64,000 bases of DNA, taken from NCBI GenBank assembly GCA_949282555.1, contig CASDPK010000005.1, forward strand, positions 1 through 64,000. The letters are read 5' to 3'. Below the pieces are notes generated by a model. The model saw nothing but the letters and a program-made list of their open reading frames with translations, had not been told where the DNA came from and did no database searches. The stretch is from an uncultured Lentisphaeraceae bacterium. GTDB taxonomy: Bacteria; Verrucomicrobiota; Kiritimatiellia; RFP12; DVOR01. The number at the start of each line of letters is the position of its first letter. Positions within the stretch are counted from its first letter, which is position 1. The translations under genes were made by a program, and so were the position numbers. Positions 41,492 to 53,956 of the stretch are shown here, piece by piece.

Positions 41492-42599
41492 TACATTCCG
41501 TGCCCGTTGGGCGGCCCAGCGGGCACATACCGCTTACCTGGCCCTTGCCGATGGCGCCATATTCCACGGTGTTGCCTTTGGTGCGCGAAAAGATACGCTT
41601 GGCGAAGCCGTTTTCAACACCGGCATGACCGGCTATCAGGAAATCCTCACCGATCCCTCTTATGCCGGGCAGTTCGTCGTGCTCACCACGCCGGAGGTCG
41701 GCAACACCGGATGCAACCCCGAGGATGAGGAAAGCCGCGCGCTTTTCCTGAGTGGGCTGATCGTGCGAGAGGTCAATCCCCCCAGCAATTATCGAGCGAC
41801 CGAAAGCCTTGAGAATTATCTTGCGCGGCACGGACGCCCTGGATTGGCAGGCGTGGACACGCGGGCGATCACCCTCCATCTCCGTGACCATGGCGCCCAA
41901 AAGGCCTTTCTTCACGTGGAGGACACTCCGCTTCCGGAATCCGAAGCCGTTGCCCGTGCCCGTGCATGGGTGGGACTTGACGGACAAGATTATGCCGCAC
42001 GCGTTTCCACGCCTTCGCCCTACACATGGAATGCCGAGGGGCGTTTCCGTGTAACGGTCTATGACTTCGGCGTGAAGCGCAACATTCTGAGGTGTTTGGC
42101 CGCGCAGGGATGCCAGGTGTCGGTGGTGCCGGCCCAAACTCCCGCCGCAGAGGTCTTGGCTGAACGGCCTGACGGCGTTTTCCTCTCCAACGGTCCCGCC
42201 GACCCTTCTGCCCTACCCTACGCACAGGAGAATATCCGTGCCCTTCTGACGGTTGGCATCCCATTGATGGGGATTTGCCTCGGGCACCAACTTTTAGGCT
42301 TGACGTGTGGGGCCCGGTGCATGCGCCTCCCCTTCGGACATCATGGATGCAATCATCCCGTGCGAAACTTGCTTGACGGTTCGGTGGCCATCACCAGCCA
42401 AAACCACAACTACGCGCTTTCCGATCTTCCCGAAACATTGGAACTCACCCACGTGAACCTCAATGATGGGACGGTGGAGGGAATCCGGCATCGCACACTC
42501 CCGGCCTACAGCGTTCAGTTTCACCCCGAAGCGGCCCCCGGCCCACACGAGGCACAGGCCCTCTTTCGTCCCTTCCTTTTTTTGATGGAGCACGCATGA
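41475..42599 (+). CDS. carA: Carbamoyl-phosphate synthase small (glutaminase) subunit
   Basis: Class-I GATase triad region GICLGHQLL and the CarA N-domain. The start overlaps the purF-like 3' end. Confidence 0.9.
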   Translation: MNALTDTFRARWAAQRAHTAYLALADGAIFHGVAFGARKDTLGEAVFNTGMTGYQEILTDPSYAGQFVVLTTPEVGNTGCNPEDEESRALFLSGLIVREVNPPSNYRATESLENYLARHGRPGLAGVDTRAITLHLRDHGAQKAFLHVEDTPLPESEAVARARAWVGLDGQDYAARVSTPSPYTWNAEGRFRVTVYDFGVKRNILRCLAAQGCQVSVVPAQTPAAEVLAERPDGVFLSNGPADPSALPYAQENIRALLTVGIPLMGICLGHQLLGLTCGARCMRLPFGHHGCNHPVRNLLDGSVAITSQNHNYALSDLPETLELTHVNLNDGTVEGIRHRTLPAYSVQFHPEAAPGPHEAQALFRPFLFLMEHA

Positions 42600-44221
42600 G
42601 CACCAAACACATTTTTGTCACCGGTGGTGTGGTGAGCAGCCTCGGCAAAGGCGTCACCGCAGCGGCCTTGGCCTTCCTTCTGCGCCAGCGCGGCTATCGG
42701 GTGGCCATGCAGAAACTTGACCCCTACCTGAATGTCGATCCCGGCACCATGAGTCCATACCAACACGGTGAAGTTTTCGTCACCGATGACGGCGCGGAAA
42801 CCGATCTCGATTTGGGGCACTATGAGCGCATTGCCGGCGTCACCTGCTCCAAAGCCTCCAACTACACCAGTGGGCGGATCTATGGTGCGGTGATCGCCCG
42901 CGAACGCGCAGGCGGCTATCTCGGTGCCACCGTTCAAGTGATTCCACACATCACGGATGAAATCAAGCAGGCCATGCGTGCCCTTCATGCCCCCGACGTT
43001 GACATCGCCATCACCGAAATCGGCGGCACGGCAGGCGACATTGAGAGTTTGCCCTTTCTGGAGGCCGCGCGACAATTCCGAATGGAAGGGGAGCCTGGAG
43101 ACACGCTTTTCATCCATCTCACTTATGTGCCCTACCTCAAAGCCGCCAAAGAACTCAAGACCAAGCCGTCTCAGCAATCCGTGGGAGTGCTTCGAAACAT
43201 CGGGATACAGCCCGACCTGCTCATCTGCCGGGCCGAACGGCGCTTGGAGCCCGAGCATCTTCGGAAGCTCGCAGTCTTTTGCAACGTTCCGGAACGCTGT
43301 GTCATCGAAGAACTGGACGTCCGCCACTCTATCTACGAAGTGCCGATCCGCCTTTCGCAACGTCGGCTTGACGAACAGGCCCTGCTCGGTCTGCGTCTGA
43401 CGCCGCGCTCCCTTGACCTGCGCGACTATCGCCATTGGCTCGCCGGGGTGCTCCGCCCCACCCATGAGGTGACAATCGCCGTTGTCGGCAAGTACATCCG
43501 GCATCAGGATGCCTATAAAAGCATTTACGAAGCGCTCTCCCATGCCGCCATGGCTCACGGCGCGAAACTCCATCTTCTGCGCGTGGAGGCGGAGGAACTT
43601 GAACAGGACAATATCACCGAACGGCTCGGCAAAGCCGATGGCATCCTCGTGCCGGGCGGATTTGGGCAACGTGGACTTGCGGGCAAACTCCGTGCCGTGC
43701 GCTTTGCTCGTACACATCATGTGCCGTTCCTCGGCATCTGTCTTGGGATGCAATGCGCCGTCATTGAATTCGCGCGAAACGTTCTGGCGTGGGCCGATGC
43801 CGACAGTGCCGAGTTTGCTGAGACCACTCATCCCGTCATTGCCCTCATGGAAGAGCAAAAAGGCCTCAAAAACATGGGGGGCACCATGCGACTGGGGGCC
43901 TACGCTTGTGATCTCACCCCAGGCTCTCTGGCGGCCCGACTTTATGGGACAACACACATTTCCGAGCGACATCGCCATCGTTACGAATTCAACGGAGCCT
44001 TCCGTGCGGATCTTGAATCCGCGGGCTTGTCCGTTTCCGGAACGAACCCCGACACGGGACTCGTAGAGGTTGTGGAGCTTCCGCAACATCCCTTCTTCAT
44101 TGGATGCCAGTTCCACCCTGAATTCAAGTCGCGTCCACGTCTGCCCCATCCGCTTTTCGATGGTCTTATCGCGGCGGCGCTGGCTCGCCGCACCCATTCC
44201 CAAGAGGCCCTCCATGCCTAA
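42596..44221 (+). CDS. pyrG: CTP synthase
   Basis: [20 protein letters not shown]..., C-terminal GATase GICLGMQ. 541 aa. Overlaps the carA stop by ATGA. Confidence 0.95.
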   Translation: MSTKHIFVTGGVVSSLGKGVTAAALAFLLRQRGYRVAMQKLDPYLNVDPGTMSPYQHGEVFVTDDGAETDLDLGHYERIAGVTCSKASNYTSGRIYGAVIARERAGGYLGATVQVIPHITDEIKQAMRALHAPDVDIAITEIGGTAGDIESLPFLEAARQFRMEGEPGDTLFIHLTYVPYLKAAKELKTKPSQQSVGVLRNIGIQPDLLICRAERRLEPEHLRKLAVFCNVPERCVIEELDVRHSIYEVPIRLSQRRLDEQALLGLRLTPRSLDLRDYRHWLAGVLRPTHEVTIAVVGKYIRHQDAYKSIYEALSHAAMAHGAKLHLLRVEAEELEQDNITERLGKADGILVPGGFGQRGLAGKLRAVRFARTHHVPFLGICLGMQCAVIEFARNVLAWADADSAEFAETTHPVIALMEEQKGLKNMGGTMRLGAYACDLTPGSLAARLYGTTHISERHRHRYEFNGAFRADLESAGLSVSGTNPDTGLVEVVELPQHPFFIGCQFHPEFKSRPRLPHPLFDGLIAAALARRTHSQEALHA

Positions 44222-47200
44222 ACGCACCGACATTCACAAGATTCTTCTCATCGGTTCCGGCCCCATCGTCATTGGCCAGGGATGCGAGTTTGACTACTCC
44301 GGCACTCAGGCGTGTAAGGCCCTGCGCGCCGAAGGTTACGAGGTCGCCCTCGTCAACTCCAATCCCGCCACCGTGATGACCGACCCAGCCACCGCCGATC
44401 GTACGTACATCGAACCGATGACACCCGAAAGCCTCGAGGCCATCATCGCCCGTGAACACCCCGACGCACTTCTCCCCACATTGGGTGGGCAAACCGCTCT
44501 CAATCTTTCCATGGAGCTCTATCGCCGCGGTATTCTTGGGCATTATGGCGTGGAGATGATCGGTGCGAATGCCGCCAGTATCGATCGCGCCGAGGACCGA
44601 CAGAAGTTCAAGGAAGCCATGCTTGCCATCGGGCTCGACGTTCCCCGCTCCGGGTCTGCCCATACCCTTGCGGAGGCTCGTGCCATCGCGAAAAACATCG
44701 GCTCTTGGCCACTCATCATTCGCCCGGGCTTCACCCTCGGTGGGACCGGCGGCGGCATCGCCCAAGACGCGGAGGCCTTTGACCGAATCGCACAGGGAGG
44801 GCTTGATGCCTCCCCCACGTCCGAAATCCTGATCGAAGAATCGCTCCTCGGCTGGAAAGAGTTCGAGATGGAGGTCGTCTGCGACCGCAAGGGAAACGCC
44901 GTCATCGTCTGTTCCATTGAGAACCTCGACCCCATGGGCGTACACACGGGCGACTCCATTACCGTCGCCCCCATTCAGACGCTCACGGACGTGGAATATC
45001 AAGCCATGCGCGACGATTCCTTCGCCGTGATGCGCGCCATTGGCATCGCGACGGGGGGCTCCAACGTTCAGTGGGCCGTGGACCCCAAGACTGGCCGCCG
45101 CATCATCATTGAGATGAACCCCCGCGTCTCGCGTTCCTCCGCCTTGGCCTCAAAAGCCACGGGGTTCCCCATCGCCAAGATTGCCGCGCTTTTGGCTGTC
45201 GGGTTCACGCTCGACGAGCTCCGCAACGACGTTACGGGAACCACCCCGGCATCCTTTGAGCCGGCCCTTGACTATGTCGTCGTGAAAGCCCCTCGCTTCG
45301 CGTTTGAGAAGTTCCATGGCGCCGATGACACACTGGGCACCCAAATGAAATCCGTTGGCGAGGCAATGTCCATCGGGCGGACCTTCAAAGAGGCATTGCA
45401 AAAGGCATTCCGTTCGCTTGAGACGGGCCGTGCAGGCTTCGGCGCAGATGGGAAGGACGCGCCATTCGAAAGCCTTTCCGATGAGGCGCTTGCCGAAGCC
45501 CTCTCTCGGCCCACCGTCAACCGTCTCTTCTTCGTCCGCGCGGCCTTTCGCCGTGGCTGGTCGGTTGACAACGTTCACGCGCTCACCGCCATCGACCCTT
45601 ACTTTCTCCGCCACCTTCAAGAGCTCGCGCTCTATGAAGACGAGATTGCCACCCATGAGCGGCTGGAAGCGTTCACTGCCGACCCCGAATGTCTGCGCCA
45701 AGCGAAGGCAATGGGCTTCTCCGATCGTCAAATCGCCCATCTTCTCCACACCGACGAACTCGCCGTGGCTGCCGCCCGTCGGCATCTTGGAGTGTTCCCA
45801 AGCTACGGCCTCGTGGACACCTGTGCCGGCGAGTTCGCCGCCCAAACGCCCTACTATTACGGCACCTACGGCAGCCCCGACACAACGTGCCCCCAAGGTC
45901 ACAATCGTCCACCTTCCATCCTGATCATTGGCGGCGGCCCCAACCGTATCGGGCAAGGAATTGAGTTTGACACCTGCTGTTGCCAAGCCGCAAGTGCCCT
46001 GCGCGCCCTCGGTTACCGTGTGGTCATGGCGAATTCCAATCCTGAGACCGTCTCCACCGATCCGGACACTTCCGATGCCCTCTACTTTGAGCCGCTCACG
46101 CTGGAAGATCTTGTCGGCGTTTATGAACGTGAACAGTGCATTGGAGCAATCGTCCAGTTCGGCGGACAAACGCCTCTCAACCTCGCTCAAGCCCTCAAGG
46201 CTGCCGGGGTCCGCATTCTTGGCACCAGCCCGGACGACATCGACCTTGCAGAAGATCGTGACCAGTTCCGCACCCTTGCCGACCGCATTGGCATTCTTCA
46301 GCCCCCCAGTGGAATCGCCCACTCCGTCGAGGATGCCATTGCCATTGCCGAACGGATCGGCTATCCGGTCCTCGTCCGGCCCAGCTTTGTTTTGGGCGGA
46401 CGCGGCATGGTGATTGTCCGGCGGCGAGAGGATCTGGAGGAGCTTGCCCGCCAAGCCGTCGAAATCGCCGAGGGGAAACCAATCCTCATCGACCGTTTCT
46501 TGGAAAACGCCGTCGAGCTCGACGTGGATAGCGTGAGCGACGGCCAAGGGAACACCGTCGTTGGGGCGATTTTGGAGCACGTGGAGCCCGCGGGTGTCCA
46601 CTCCGGAGATGCCGCCTGCGTGACGCCGCCCATCTCGCTTCCTCCGCCCATTCTTGAACGTATTCGGGCGTATGCCCAAGCCTTCGCCTCCGCCCTCCAC
46701 GTCCAAGGGTTGATGAATCTCCAGCTCGCCGTCCGTGAGGGGGAGATCTACATCATCGAGGTCAATCCCCGCGGCTCACGAACGGTTCCCTTTGTCAGCA
46801 AAGCCATCGGCCTTTCGCTTGCGGCGGTCGCCGCGCGTGTCATGGTCGGGAAAAGCCTTGCCGAAGCCGGCCTTCCCCACGAACGCCATCCCCCTTGTTT
46901 CGCGGCGAAGGAATCCGTCTTCCCCTTTGCACGTTTCCCCGGTGCCGCCATTGCGCTCGGCCCCGAAATGAGATCCACCGGAGAAGTGATGGGGCTCGCG
47001 CCCACCTACGGTTTGGCCTATCTCAAGAGCCAAATCGCCGCCGGCACCTGTCTGCCACGTCCGGACGCCAAACGAAATGCAATCTTTCTCTCTTTGTGCG
47101 ACACGGACAAGGAGAAAGGCGTCGAAGCCGCCAAAAAACTCGCGACAATGGGTTTCCCCCTCTATGCCACTCGTGGCACCGCAACAGCCCTTTGGGCCGC

Positions 47201-47480
47201 AGGACTCCGCCCCAATGCCGTTTTCCGCATCGGCGAAGGCCATCCCAACGCCCTCGATCTGATTCGTGAAGGGGCCATCGGCTGGGTCGTCAATACCGCC
47301 GGCACCGGGGCGGATCACGCAGGCGATGGCCTTCGCATCCGCGCAGAGGCGCTCCTCCACGGCCTCCCCATCACCACCGTGCGCGAAGGATTCCTCGCCG
47401 CCGTGGAAGGGCTCGCCGAATGGCACGGAGGGCACCCCAACACCCCACGCACCCTCCAAGAGCTTCACGGAGAGCCGTAA
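44214..47480 (+). CDS. carB: Carbamoyl-phosphate synthase large subunit
   Basis: About 1088 aa, duplicated ATP-grasp halves ([21 protein letters not shown]... twice) and an MGS-like C-terminus. The start overlaps the pyrG end. Confidence 0.95.
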   Translation: MPKRTDIHKILLIGSGPIVIGQGCEFDYSGTQACKALRAEGYEVALVNSNPATVMTDPATADRTYIEPMTPESLEAIIAREHPDALLPTLGGQTALNLSMELYRRGILGHYGVEMIGANAASIDRAEDRQKFKEAMLAIGLDVPRSGSAHTLAEARAIAKNIGSWPLIIRPGFTLGGTGGGIAQDAEAFDRIAQGGLDASPTSEILIEESLLGWKEFEMEVVCDRKGNAVIVCSIENLDPMGVHTGDSITVAPIQTLTDVEYQAMRDDSFAVMRAIGIATGGSNVQWAVDPKTGRRIIIEMNPRVSRSSALASKATGFPIAKIAALLAVGFTLDELRNDVTGTTPASFEPALDYVVVKAPRFAFEKFHGADDTLGTQMKSVGEAMSIGRTFKEALQKAFRSLETGRAGFGADGKDAPFESLSDEALAEALSRPTVNRLFFVRAAFRRGWSVDNVHALTAIDPYFLRHLQELALYEDEIATHERLEAFTADPECLRQAKAMGFSDRQIAHLLHTDELAVAAARRHLGVFPSYGLVDTCAGEFAAQTPYYYGTYGSPDTTCPQGHNRPPSILIIGGGPNRIGQGIEFDTCCCQAASALRALGYRVVMANSNPETVSTDPDTSDALYFEPLTLEDLVGVYEREQCIGAIVQFGGQTPLNLAQALKAAGVRILGTSPDDIDLAEDRDQFRTLADRIGILQPPSGIAHSVEDAIAIAERIGYPVLVRPSFVLGGRGMVIVRRREDLEELARQAVEIAEGKPILIDRFLENAVELDVDSVSDGQGNTVVGAILEHVEPAGVHSGDAACVTPPISLPPPILERIRAYAQAFASALHVQGLMNLQLAVREGEIYIIEVNPRGSRTVPFVSKAIGLSLAAVAARVMVGKSLAEAGLPHERHPPCFAAKESVFPFARFPGAAIALGPEMRSTGEVMGLAPTYGLAYLKSQIAAGTCLPRPDAKRNAIFLSLCDTDKEKGVEAAKKLATMGFPLYATRGTATALWAAGLRPNAVFRIGEGHPNALDLIREGAIGWVVNTAGTGADHAGDGLRIRAEALLHGLPITTVREGFLAAVEGLAEWHGGHPNTPRTLQELHGEP

Positions 47481-47511
47481 CACAATCCCTTTTATCGAAA
47501 CGCAAATCATT

Positions 47512-47550
47512 GGCCCTGCGGCGGGTGCCGCAGGGCCGCTTCGCTTACTT
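47512..47550 (+). terminator. Terminator hairpin after carB, convergent with the sulfatase gene
   Basis: ggccctgcggc-gggt-gccgcagggcc followed by a T-rich tract. Confidence 0.5.
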
Positions 47551-49371
47551 TTCGGCCAACGCAGGCAACGGCACCTCATCCGGGAAAGGAACCATCTCCC
47601 CTGTGGCCTGGACAAACGGCATTTGCGCGCGCCGTTCACGAAGAAGGCGGCCCATCTCCTTTCGCAACCGCTCCACGAGATCTGGGCGCTTGGCCGCAAG
47701 ATTTCGCTCTTCGGAAAGATCGCCCTCCAAATCATACAGCTCGAAAGAGCGATCACTGTGCTGGTAAATCAGCTTCCAGCGTCCAAGGCGAAGTGCGGAA
47801 TAGAAGTTATACGCCTTTCCTGCCGGACCTTCTCCCCATTTGTTCGGATAATGCCACAGGAAGGCACGATCCGAGCCATCGGTGCGCACCGTTGGGCGCT
47901 CCCCCAACAGCACAGGCAGGAAACTCTCCCCATCAATCACCTGACGCAAGGGGCCGTCGGCATGGACACCGTTCGGCGTCTCCGCCAAAGTCTCAGGCAA
48001 AGCGACCTCCGCGGCCGCCAAAATCGTAGGATAAAAATCCTCGATGATGACCGGCTCTTGGCAAACGCTCCCGCGTGCGACACGCCCGGGCCATCGAACA
48101 ATGAGCGGCTCACGTGTGCCGCCCTCATAACAAGAACCCTTGCCGGCACGAAGCGGGGCATTGGCGCTGGCCAAGCGCCCAGAAACGGAAAGCCCCCCAT
48201 TGTCGGCCATGAAAATCACCATCGTGTTTTCCGCCACACCGAGCGCTTCCAGCTTGGCAAACAACGTGCCAAGCGCATCATCCATTCCCTTGATCAGGGT
48301 GGCATAATTGCGCTCCATCGCATTCCAATTGAGGCCATCGTTCGGATTCGGATTCTTGGTGTCCAACGCAATGTCCTCGTTGGCCGAACGCGAAGCGTCC
48401 CACGCCTTGGCGTTATTGAGGGGCGCATGAATGGCATAAAGCGCAAAGTAAAGATAGAACGGCTGTTCCGGGCGTTCCGTCACATGACGCTCCAACGAAC
48501 GCATGGCCATATCCGCCAACGCATCCGTCTGAAACACATTCCGCTCGTAATATCCGTTCTCATCCAGTCCCGGCGTCGCGAACTGATTATAGCCACCGAC
48601 ATTGCCATATTTTCGGTCACCCCGATAATTCGCCGGACCGCCAATCTCACTCCCGGCGATGTTCTCATCAAATCCAAACGCCCGCGGATCTGCTCCCGGC
48701 GTGGAAGGCGCGCGCGAATCCTTTTCATTGTAATGGCACGAACCGGAGCCCCAATGCGCCTTGCCGCAATGAATGGTGTGGTAGCCCGCCGCCCGCAACA
48801 CTTCCGGGAAGGTCTTGGCATTGGTGTAAGGCATCGTCAGCCGATAATCCACCGCACCTTCAAAGGTGCCCAGGGCAGGTTGACAAAACTTCCCCTTCGC
48901 ATCGGTCCGCCACGGCGGCTGGCACCGCCCAACCGGTTGCGTGCCCATCGGCTGAAGCCCATTCGCCGACCACCTCGGCGGACGCAATCCCTCCCCGCGC
49001 GCATTCAAACGATCTGCCTGATTGACCCCAAGCGTCCAATCCGTGACACGGTGCCGCGCCGCATTCATTCCACTCATGAGCGAGCAACGCGTCGGCGAAC
49101 AGACCGAACAGGCATAAGCATCCGTGAACAACATCCCTTCCCGCGCCATTCGCTCCATATTGGGGGTGCGATAACGGCGATTCAACCGCGTCTTCACCGC
49201 CTTTCCTTCGTGATACAAAAACGGCACCGACGTGTCCTGCCACCCCATGTCATCCACCATAAACAACACAATGTTCGGCCGGCGGCGTGCCTCTTTTGCC
49301 CATGCAGGCCCCACGGCAAATCCGCCCAAACCCGCACCCAACGCGGCAAGAAACGAGCGACGCGATAACAT
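47545..49371 (-). CDS. Sulfatase (formylglycine-dependent, Cys-type) with a Tat signal
   Basis: MLSRRSFLAALGAGLG (twin-Arg), the signature C-S-P-T-R-C-S-L-M-S-G, and metal ligands DDMGW. Confidence 0.85.
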   Translation of the reverse strand: MLSRRSFLAALGAGLGGFAVGPAWAKEARRRPNIVLFMVDDMGWQDTSVPFLYHEGKAVKTRLNRRYRTPNMERMAREGMLFTDAYACSVCSPTRCSLMSGMNAARHRVTDWTLGVNQADRLNARGEGLRPPRWSANGLQPMGTQPVGRCQPPWRTDAKGKFCQPALGTFEGAVDYRLTMPYTNAKTFPEVLRAAGYHTIHCGKAHWGSGSCHYNEKDSRAPSTPGADPRAFGFDENIAGSEIGGPANYRGDRKYGNVGGYNQFATPGLDENGYYERNVFQTDALADMAMRSLERHVTERPEQPFYLYFALYAIHAPLNNAKAWDASRSANEDIALDTKNPNPNDGLNWNAMERNYATLIKGMDDALGTLFAKLEALGVAENTMVIFMADNGGLSVSGRLASANAPLRAGKGSCYEGGTREPLIVRWPGRVARGSVCQEPVIIEDFYPTILAAAEVALPETLAETPNGVHADGPLRQVIDGESFLPVLLGERPTVRTDGSDRAFLWHYPNKWGEGPAGKAYNFYSALRLGRWKLIYQHSDRSFELYDLEGDLSEERNLAAKRPDLVERLRKEMGRLLRERRAQMPFVQATGEMVPFPDEVPLPALAEK

Positions 49372-49624
49372 ACAGCATTCTCCTTTCATAAAATTCAAGG
49401 CATCATGTCCATGAGCCATAGCCTAGCAAAAAGTATCCCCCTCTCGCCATCACAGCGCGCCATCAATATATCCTGGGACGAACTGCGGTATATCTCACTC
49501 TTTCGCATAGAGCATCCCACATCAAGACATAGTACATCCCAAAATCGAAGGCTCTGCAATGATTGCGTGAAGGATTCTACCCTCCTTCTCACGCTTTGGA
49601 GGCTTGGCCTTCTGCAATAGCCCC

Positions 49625-49660
49625 AAAAAACGACGTGGCCTCGCAAGGCCACGTCGTTTT
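49625..49660. terminator. Bidirectional rho-independent terminator immediately 3' of tRNA-Ser
   Basis: AAAAAA-cgacgtggcc-tcgcaa-ggccacgtcg-TTTT. Confidence 0.6.
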
Positions 49661-49667
49661 GCATAAC

Positions 49668-49755
49668 TGGCGGAGGGGGAGGGATTCGAACCCCCGGAAC
49701 CTTACGGCTCAACGGTTTTCAAGACCGCCGCATTCGACCGCTCTGCCACCCCTCC
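49668..49755 (-). tRNA. tRNA-Ser (anticodon TGA), type II with a long variable arm and an encoded CCA
   Basis: The reverse complement reads GGAGGGGTGGCAGAGCGGTCGAATGCGGCGGTCTTGAAAACCGTTGAGCCGTAAGGTTCCGGGGGTTCGAATCCCTCCCCCTCCGCCA. The 7/7 acceptor pairs, the anticodon loop CUUGAAA and the GGTTCGAATCC T-loop all fit. Confidence 0.85.
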
Positions 49756-49768
49756 TAGTGAAGGTTCC

Positions 49769-52399
49769 TCACTTCGTGGAGGCCGCATCGGTCAAAGCGA
49801 CCGTAACCGGGCGCTTGCCGCGATACCACGCGAACATCACCATGGGGGCAATGAAGAGCGAAGAGTACGCACCCACCACCAAGCCGATGAAAAGCGCGAA
49901 GGCAAAGTCGTGCATCGCCGCGCCGCCGAAGAAGTAGAGCGCGAAGATCGGCAGGAGGGTTGTCGCCGTGGTAAGGAACGTACGGCTGAGGGTCTGATTC
50001 AGCGCGCGCCGCACAATCTCCGAGAAGGGCGAGACGGCATCGCGGTTCATGGCCTCGCGAATACGGTCAAAGATAACGATGGTATCATTGATTGAATAAC
50101 CGACAATCGTCAGCAACGCCGCCACCGTCGTCAAGCTCACCTGATTGCCGAAGATCGTGTAGATGCCCAAGGTGATCAGCGCGTCATGAGCAAGCGCGAC
50201 CACGCCGCCAAGAGCGAAACCGAACTGGAAGCGGAAACTCACATACACGATGATGCAGATCAAAGCGATCACCACCGCCCAAAAGGCATCCTTCTTGAGT
50301 TCGGAGCCAATCTGGGAACCCACGCGATCCTCATGATTCAGCGTCACGGCGATCTCCGGGAAGGCCGCATCAATGGCCTTCTCAATCACCGTGGCGGAAG
50401 ACGTGAGCTGGCCGTTCTCGCCCGGGAGCTCCACCGTGGAAGTCTTCACAAGAAGCTGGACGTTGCCGCCCTCGCCAATGGTGGTCTGAACCGTCTGGTC
50501 CGTAACCCCGGTGGAAGCGATCGCCTTGCGGGCCTTCTCCACGTCAAGGGAGACCGATTCGCCCGTAGCCTTGTCCTTCGCATCGTAGGTGATGGCAAGT
50601 CCGCCCGTGAAATCCACCGCCATGACGCTGGCAGGATTGGCAAATGCACGGGCGAAGAAAATGCCCAACGTGATGACGATGACCGCCGCGGCCGCCACAG
50701 TCACCGGCTTGGCCCAGCGCATGAAGTCGAAATTGACCGTCTCGGGCACCCACTGGAGCATCCGGAAGGGCTTCGTCGTATCCTCCGTCACCAAGTTGAA
50801 AATCAGACGCGTAATGCAGAGCGCCGTGAACATCGAAATGATGATACCGCCGCACAGCGTCACCGCGAATCCGCGGATGGGGCCGGAACCGAAGATGAAG
50901 AGGATGACACCCGTGATAAGCGTCGTCAGGTTCGAGTCGAAGATCGCCAAGAAAGCCCGATCATAACCAGCGGAGACGGCCCCCTTGGCCGTCTTGCCAA
51001 GGCGGAACTCTTCACGCATGCGCTCGAAGATCAGAACATTGGCGTCCACGGCCATACCAACGGAGAGCACGAGGCCCGCGATGCCAGGAAGCGTGAGCAC
51101 CGGGAGTTGACCGAGGGAATTGCTGCCGGTCCCATCGCTGATGAACACGCTCATAATCCCGGAAGCGATGATCATGCCCGCCGGCCAAAGCACCATGTTG
51201 AGCAACAGCGCAACATCGGCGATGATGCCGCAGAAAAGGTAGTAAATCACCATGAAGACGAAGACCGCGACCACACCGACCGCCGCAGAAGCGGACCCCT
51301 TCGTGATGGCCTCCTTACCCAAGCTCGGCGAAACCGCGCGCTTTTCGATGATGCGGATAGGAGCCTTGAGCGCACCGGCGTTCAAAACACCAGAGAGCTC
51401 CGCCACTTCCTTCCACGTGAAGCCACCGGTAATCTCACACGTTCCATCGGACAACTCACTGCGGAGCACAGGAGCCGAACGAACGGTACCATCAAGGATA
51501 ATGGCAAGCTGACGGCCAACGCGCCCAGAGGTGACACGGGCAAGTTGCTTGCGCCCGTCATCATTGAAACGCAAGCTCACGGCATTTTCACCGGTGGTGG
51601 GATTGCGCTCAGGGGTGGCCTTCGCGACGGTGTCGCCGTTGACGGTCGCATCACGGCTGCGGGACACGAACATCGGCACATAAGCAGGACGCCCTGCGGC
51701 ATCGACGCCAGCCTCTTCCATCACGCACTCATAGAGGGCGGAAGGCGCCGCGAAACGCCCCAACTTCACCGCAAAGTCAGGCGCCGCGGAAAGCGTGGGA
51801 TAATCCTCGGAACGGACAAAGCAAGCCGCCCCGGTACCGGCGATTTCAGAGCGCTCAAACCCTTCAGGCGTGCGATTCGCATCATCCATCACCTTGCGCG
51901 CCAAGGCCGCATTGTCCTTGTGCACCAAGCGGAAGGAAAGGAATGCGGCACTCTTCACCGACTCCTCGGCCATGCGAGCCTGCTCAGCATCGGCACCGGG
52001 AATCTGGATATAGATGCGGTGATCCCCGCCCTTGGCAATGATCGGCTCATTGGTGCCAATGGCGTCAATACGCTTACGGAGCACTTCCAGCGTGAGATCG
52101 TCAGCCTCCGTCATGCGCCGCTGGGCTTCGGTCTCGGCCTGAGTGGTCACCTGAGCGATTTGTGCAGGAGTGGCCTTGGAGGGATCAATTCCCGCCGCAG
52201 CGAAACCCTCGGCCTTGAGATCTTCGACCAGCTTCGCCTTGTCGATCTCCACCGTAAAGCTCGTTCCTCCCTGGAGGTCAAGTCCCAAACGGACCTTTTG
52301 CTTGGCGGGGAACGTCACATAACACGAAAAAGCGACCAAGACGGCGAGAATCGCCCACTTGATCAAACTCGGCGTATCCAATTGCTTGAAGTTCAGCAT
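49769..52399 (-). CDS. secDF: Protein translocase subunit SecDF (fused)
   Basis: 876 aa with two 6-TM bundles and periplasmic domains. Follows yajC. Confidence 0.9.
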   Translation of the reverse strand: MLNFKQLDTPSLIKWAILAVLVAFSCYVTFPAKQKVRLGLDLQGGTSFTVEIDKAKLVEDLKAEGFAAAGIDPSKATPAQIAQVTTQAETEAQRRMTEADDLTLEVLRKRIDAIGTNEPIIAKGGDHRIYIQIPGADAEQARMAEESVKSAAFLSFRLVHKDNAALARKVMDDANRTPEGFERSEIAGTGAACFVRSEDYPTLSAAPDFAVKLGRFAAPSALYECVMEEAGVDAAGRPAYVPMFVSRSRDATVNGDTVAKATPERNPTTGENAVSLRFNDDGRKQLARVTSGRVGRQLAIILDGTVRSAPVLRSELSDGTCEITGGFTWKEVAELSGVLNAGALKAPIRIIEKRAVSPSLGKEAITKGSASAAVGVVAVFVFMVIYYLFCGIIADVALLLNMVLWPAGMIIASGIMSVFISDGTGSNSLGQLPVLTLPGIAGLVLSVGMAVDANVLIFERMREEFRLGKTAKGAVSAGYDRAFLAIFDSNLTTLITGVILFIFGSGPIRGFAVTLCGGIIISMFTALCITRLIFNLVTEDTTKPFRMLQWVPETVNFDFMRWAKPVTVAAAAVIVITLGIFFARAFANPASVMAVDFTGGLAITYDAKDKATGESVSLDVEKARKAIASTGVTDQTVQTTIGEGGNVQLLVKTSTVELPGENGQLTSSATVIEKAIDAAFPEIAVTLNHEDRVGSQIGSELKKDAFWAVVIALICIIVYVSFRFQFGFALGGVVALAHDALITLGIYTIFGNQVSLTTVAALLTIVGYSINDTIVIFDRIREAMNRDAVSPFSEIVRRALNQTLSRTFLTTATTLLPIFALYFFGGAAMHDFAFALFIGLVVGAYSSLFIAPMVMFAWYRGKRPVTVALTDAASTK

Positions 52400-52413
52400 G
52401 GCAATGGTTTCCT

Positions 52414-52773
52414 TTAATTCTTCGCGTCTTCGATGACTGCGGCGATCGCGCCACGCGCGACCTCCACCGTCGAACCCGCGCTCTCAATCACGAAGGTCTG
52501 TTCCTTCGCCTCAACAATCGTACCGACCAAACCTCCGGCAAACGAGACCTTACGCCCAGCACGGAGCTCGGAAATCATCCGCTGGCGCTCCTTTTCCTTG
52601 CGCTGCTGCGGACGAATCATCATGAAATAGAAAATGCCAAACAGCAAAATGATGGGCAAAAAGGCCCCCATACCGCCAAATCCCTGCTGCTGGGGCTGCT
52701 CGGCGGGGGACGAAATAGGCTGCGTCGTGGAGGCCGTCGTGGCCGTGGACGCGGGCTGAGCTGTCTCGTTCAT
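52414..52773 (-). CDS. yajC: Preprotein translocase subunit YajC
   Basis: 119 aa, single TM, FLPIILLFGIFYFMMIRPQQRKEKE. Confidence 0.8.
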   Translation of the reverse strand: MNETAQPASTATTASTTQPISSPAEQPQQQGFGGMGAFLPIILLFGIFYFMMIRPQQRKEKERQRMISELRAGRKVSFAGGLVGTIVEAKEQTFVIESAGSTVEVARGAIAAVIEDAKN

Positions 52774-52902
52774 GCGTTATCCTTCAAGGTCCTGTCGGGC
52801 TGAACCACCCGACAATGTAAAGCACTAGTATACCCTTTTTGGACAGGAAAGGGAAGTCCACACTTCATCTGCGTACGATCGAAAGCAAGCGGCCTAGAGC
52901 GA

Positions 52903-53952
52903 TCAAATTGCCAGCATTCGCTCGACACAGACGCGTGCATCGGCCACAAACGCGTCCGGCACCCGCACGATGCAATCCTCCGGCCACGACTGCAGCACGT
53001 TCAACACCTGCAACGGCGTCGTACGTCCCATGTCCTCACACACAATGGGCCGCAAAGGACGAATGGACAATCCAGAATACTTTTCTGCCAACCGTGCAAC
53101 CAAATGCTGTTCTGTGCCAACAATGAAATCCGTCCCCTGCTCCGCCCGTGCAATCGCCTCAATGATTGCCTTCGTGGAGCCCGTCCGATCCGCACGCGCG
53201 GCCACAGGGCTCGGCGCCTCGGGATGAATGAGCAACGTTGCCCCCGGCATCCCTGCACGCGCCGCCGCAACGTCACCCAACGTGTATCCCGCATGAATCG
53301 GGCAACAACCGTCCCACGCAATGGCACGCGCACGACGGATAACGGCCGGAGTAAGCCCTCCATCGGCCTGATCTCGACGCCACACCGCGACCGCTTCCGG
53401 CTGATACCCCAACTCACGGAAGATGTTTGTGCACAAGTGTTGGTCGGGGGCAAAGAGGATTTTTGCGTTTTCGTCGAGGAAATGACGAAGCACACGTCGG
53501 CCATTGCCGGACGTGCACGCGGCCCCGCCGTGACGGCCGCAAAAGGCCTTCGCCTCTGCGGAAGAATTCACATAGACCACCGGCACCCAATGTGCGTCAG
53601 GGTCGGCCGCCCGAATCGCGGCCCACGCGCGCTCCAGCGCAGGCGCATCGGCCATGTCGGCCATCGGGCATCCGGCTTCCGGGGCAGGTTGATAAACACG
53701 CCGCCCATTGTCCGAGCCATCCCGTGCGCGCGTCAGCACATCTGCGGTCTCGGCCATGAAGCGGACACCGCAGAAAACGATACGTTCGGCCTCAGACTCC
53801 GCCGCAATCCGCGAAAGCTCCAACGAATCCCCCACGGCATCGCACAACGCCACCACGGAGGAATCCTGATAATGATGCCCCAAAATCAGCAGGCGCTTCC
53901 CCCACTGTTGGCGCAACGCCTCAATGGCTTGGACGATCTCTGCTTCGTTCAT
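52903..53952 (-). CDS. nadA: Quinolinate synthase A
   Basis: 349 aa with LILGHHYQ and Cys ligands of the NadA family. Confidence 0.8.
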   Translation of the reverse strand: MNEAEIVQAIEALRQQWGKRLLILGHHYQDSSVVALCDAVGDSLELSRIAAESEAERIVFCGVRFMAETADVLTRARDGSDNGRRVYQPAPEAGCPMADMADAPALERAWAAIRAADPDAHWVPVVYVNSSAEAKAFCGRHGGAACTSGNGRRVLRHFLDENAKILFAPDQHLCTNIFRELGYQPEAVAVWRRDQADGGLTPAVIRRARAIAWDGCCPIHAGYTLGDVAAARAGMPGATLLIHPEAPSPVAARADRTGSTKAIIEAIARAEQGTDFIVGTEQHLVARLAEKYSGLSIRPLRPIVCEDMGRTTPLQVLNVLQSWPEDCIVRVPDAFVADARVCVERMLAI

Positions 53953-53956
53953 GACC

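Noticed and set aside
44166-47756. Several 278-518-aa minus-strand ORFs (44166..45002, 45150..46706, 46776..47756)
   Set aside because: All are antisense to carB.
47266-49368. 700-aa plus-strand ORF
   Set aside because: Antisense to the sulfatase gene, which has a Tat signal and a CxPxR signature. Arg/Pro-rich composition typical of GC-artefact translation.
50186-52417. 743-aa plus-strand ORF
   Set aside because: Antisense to secDF. His/Arg/Asp-rich junk composition.
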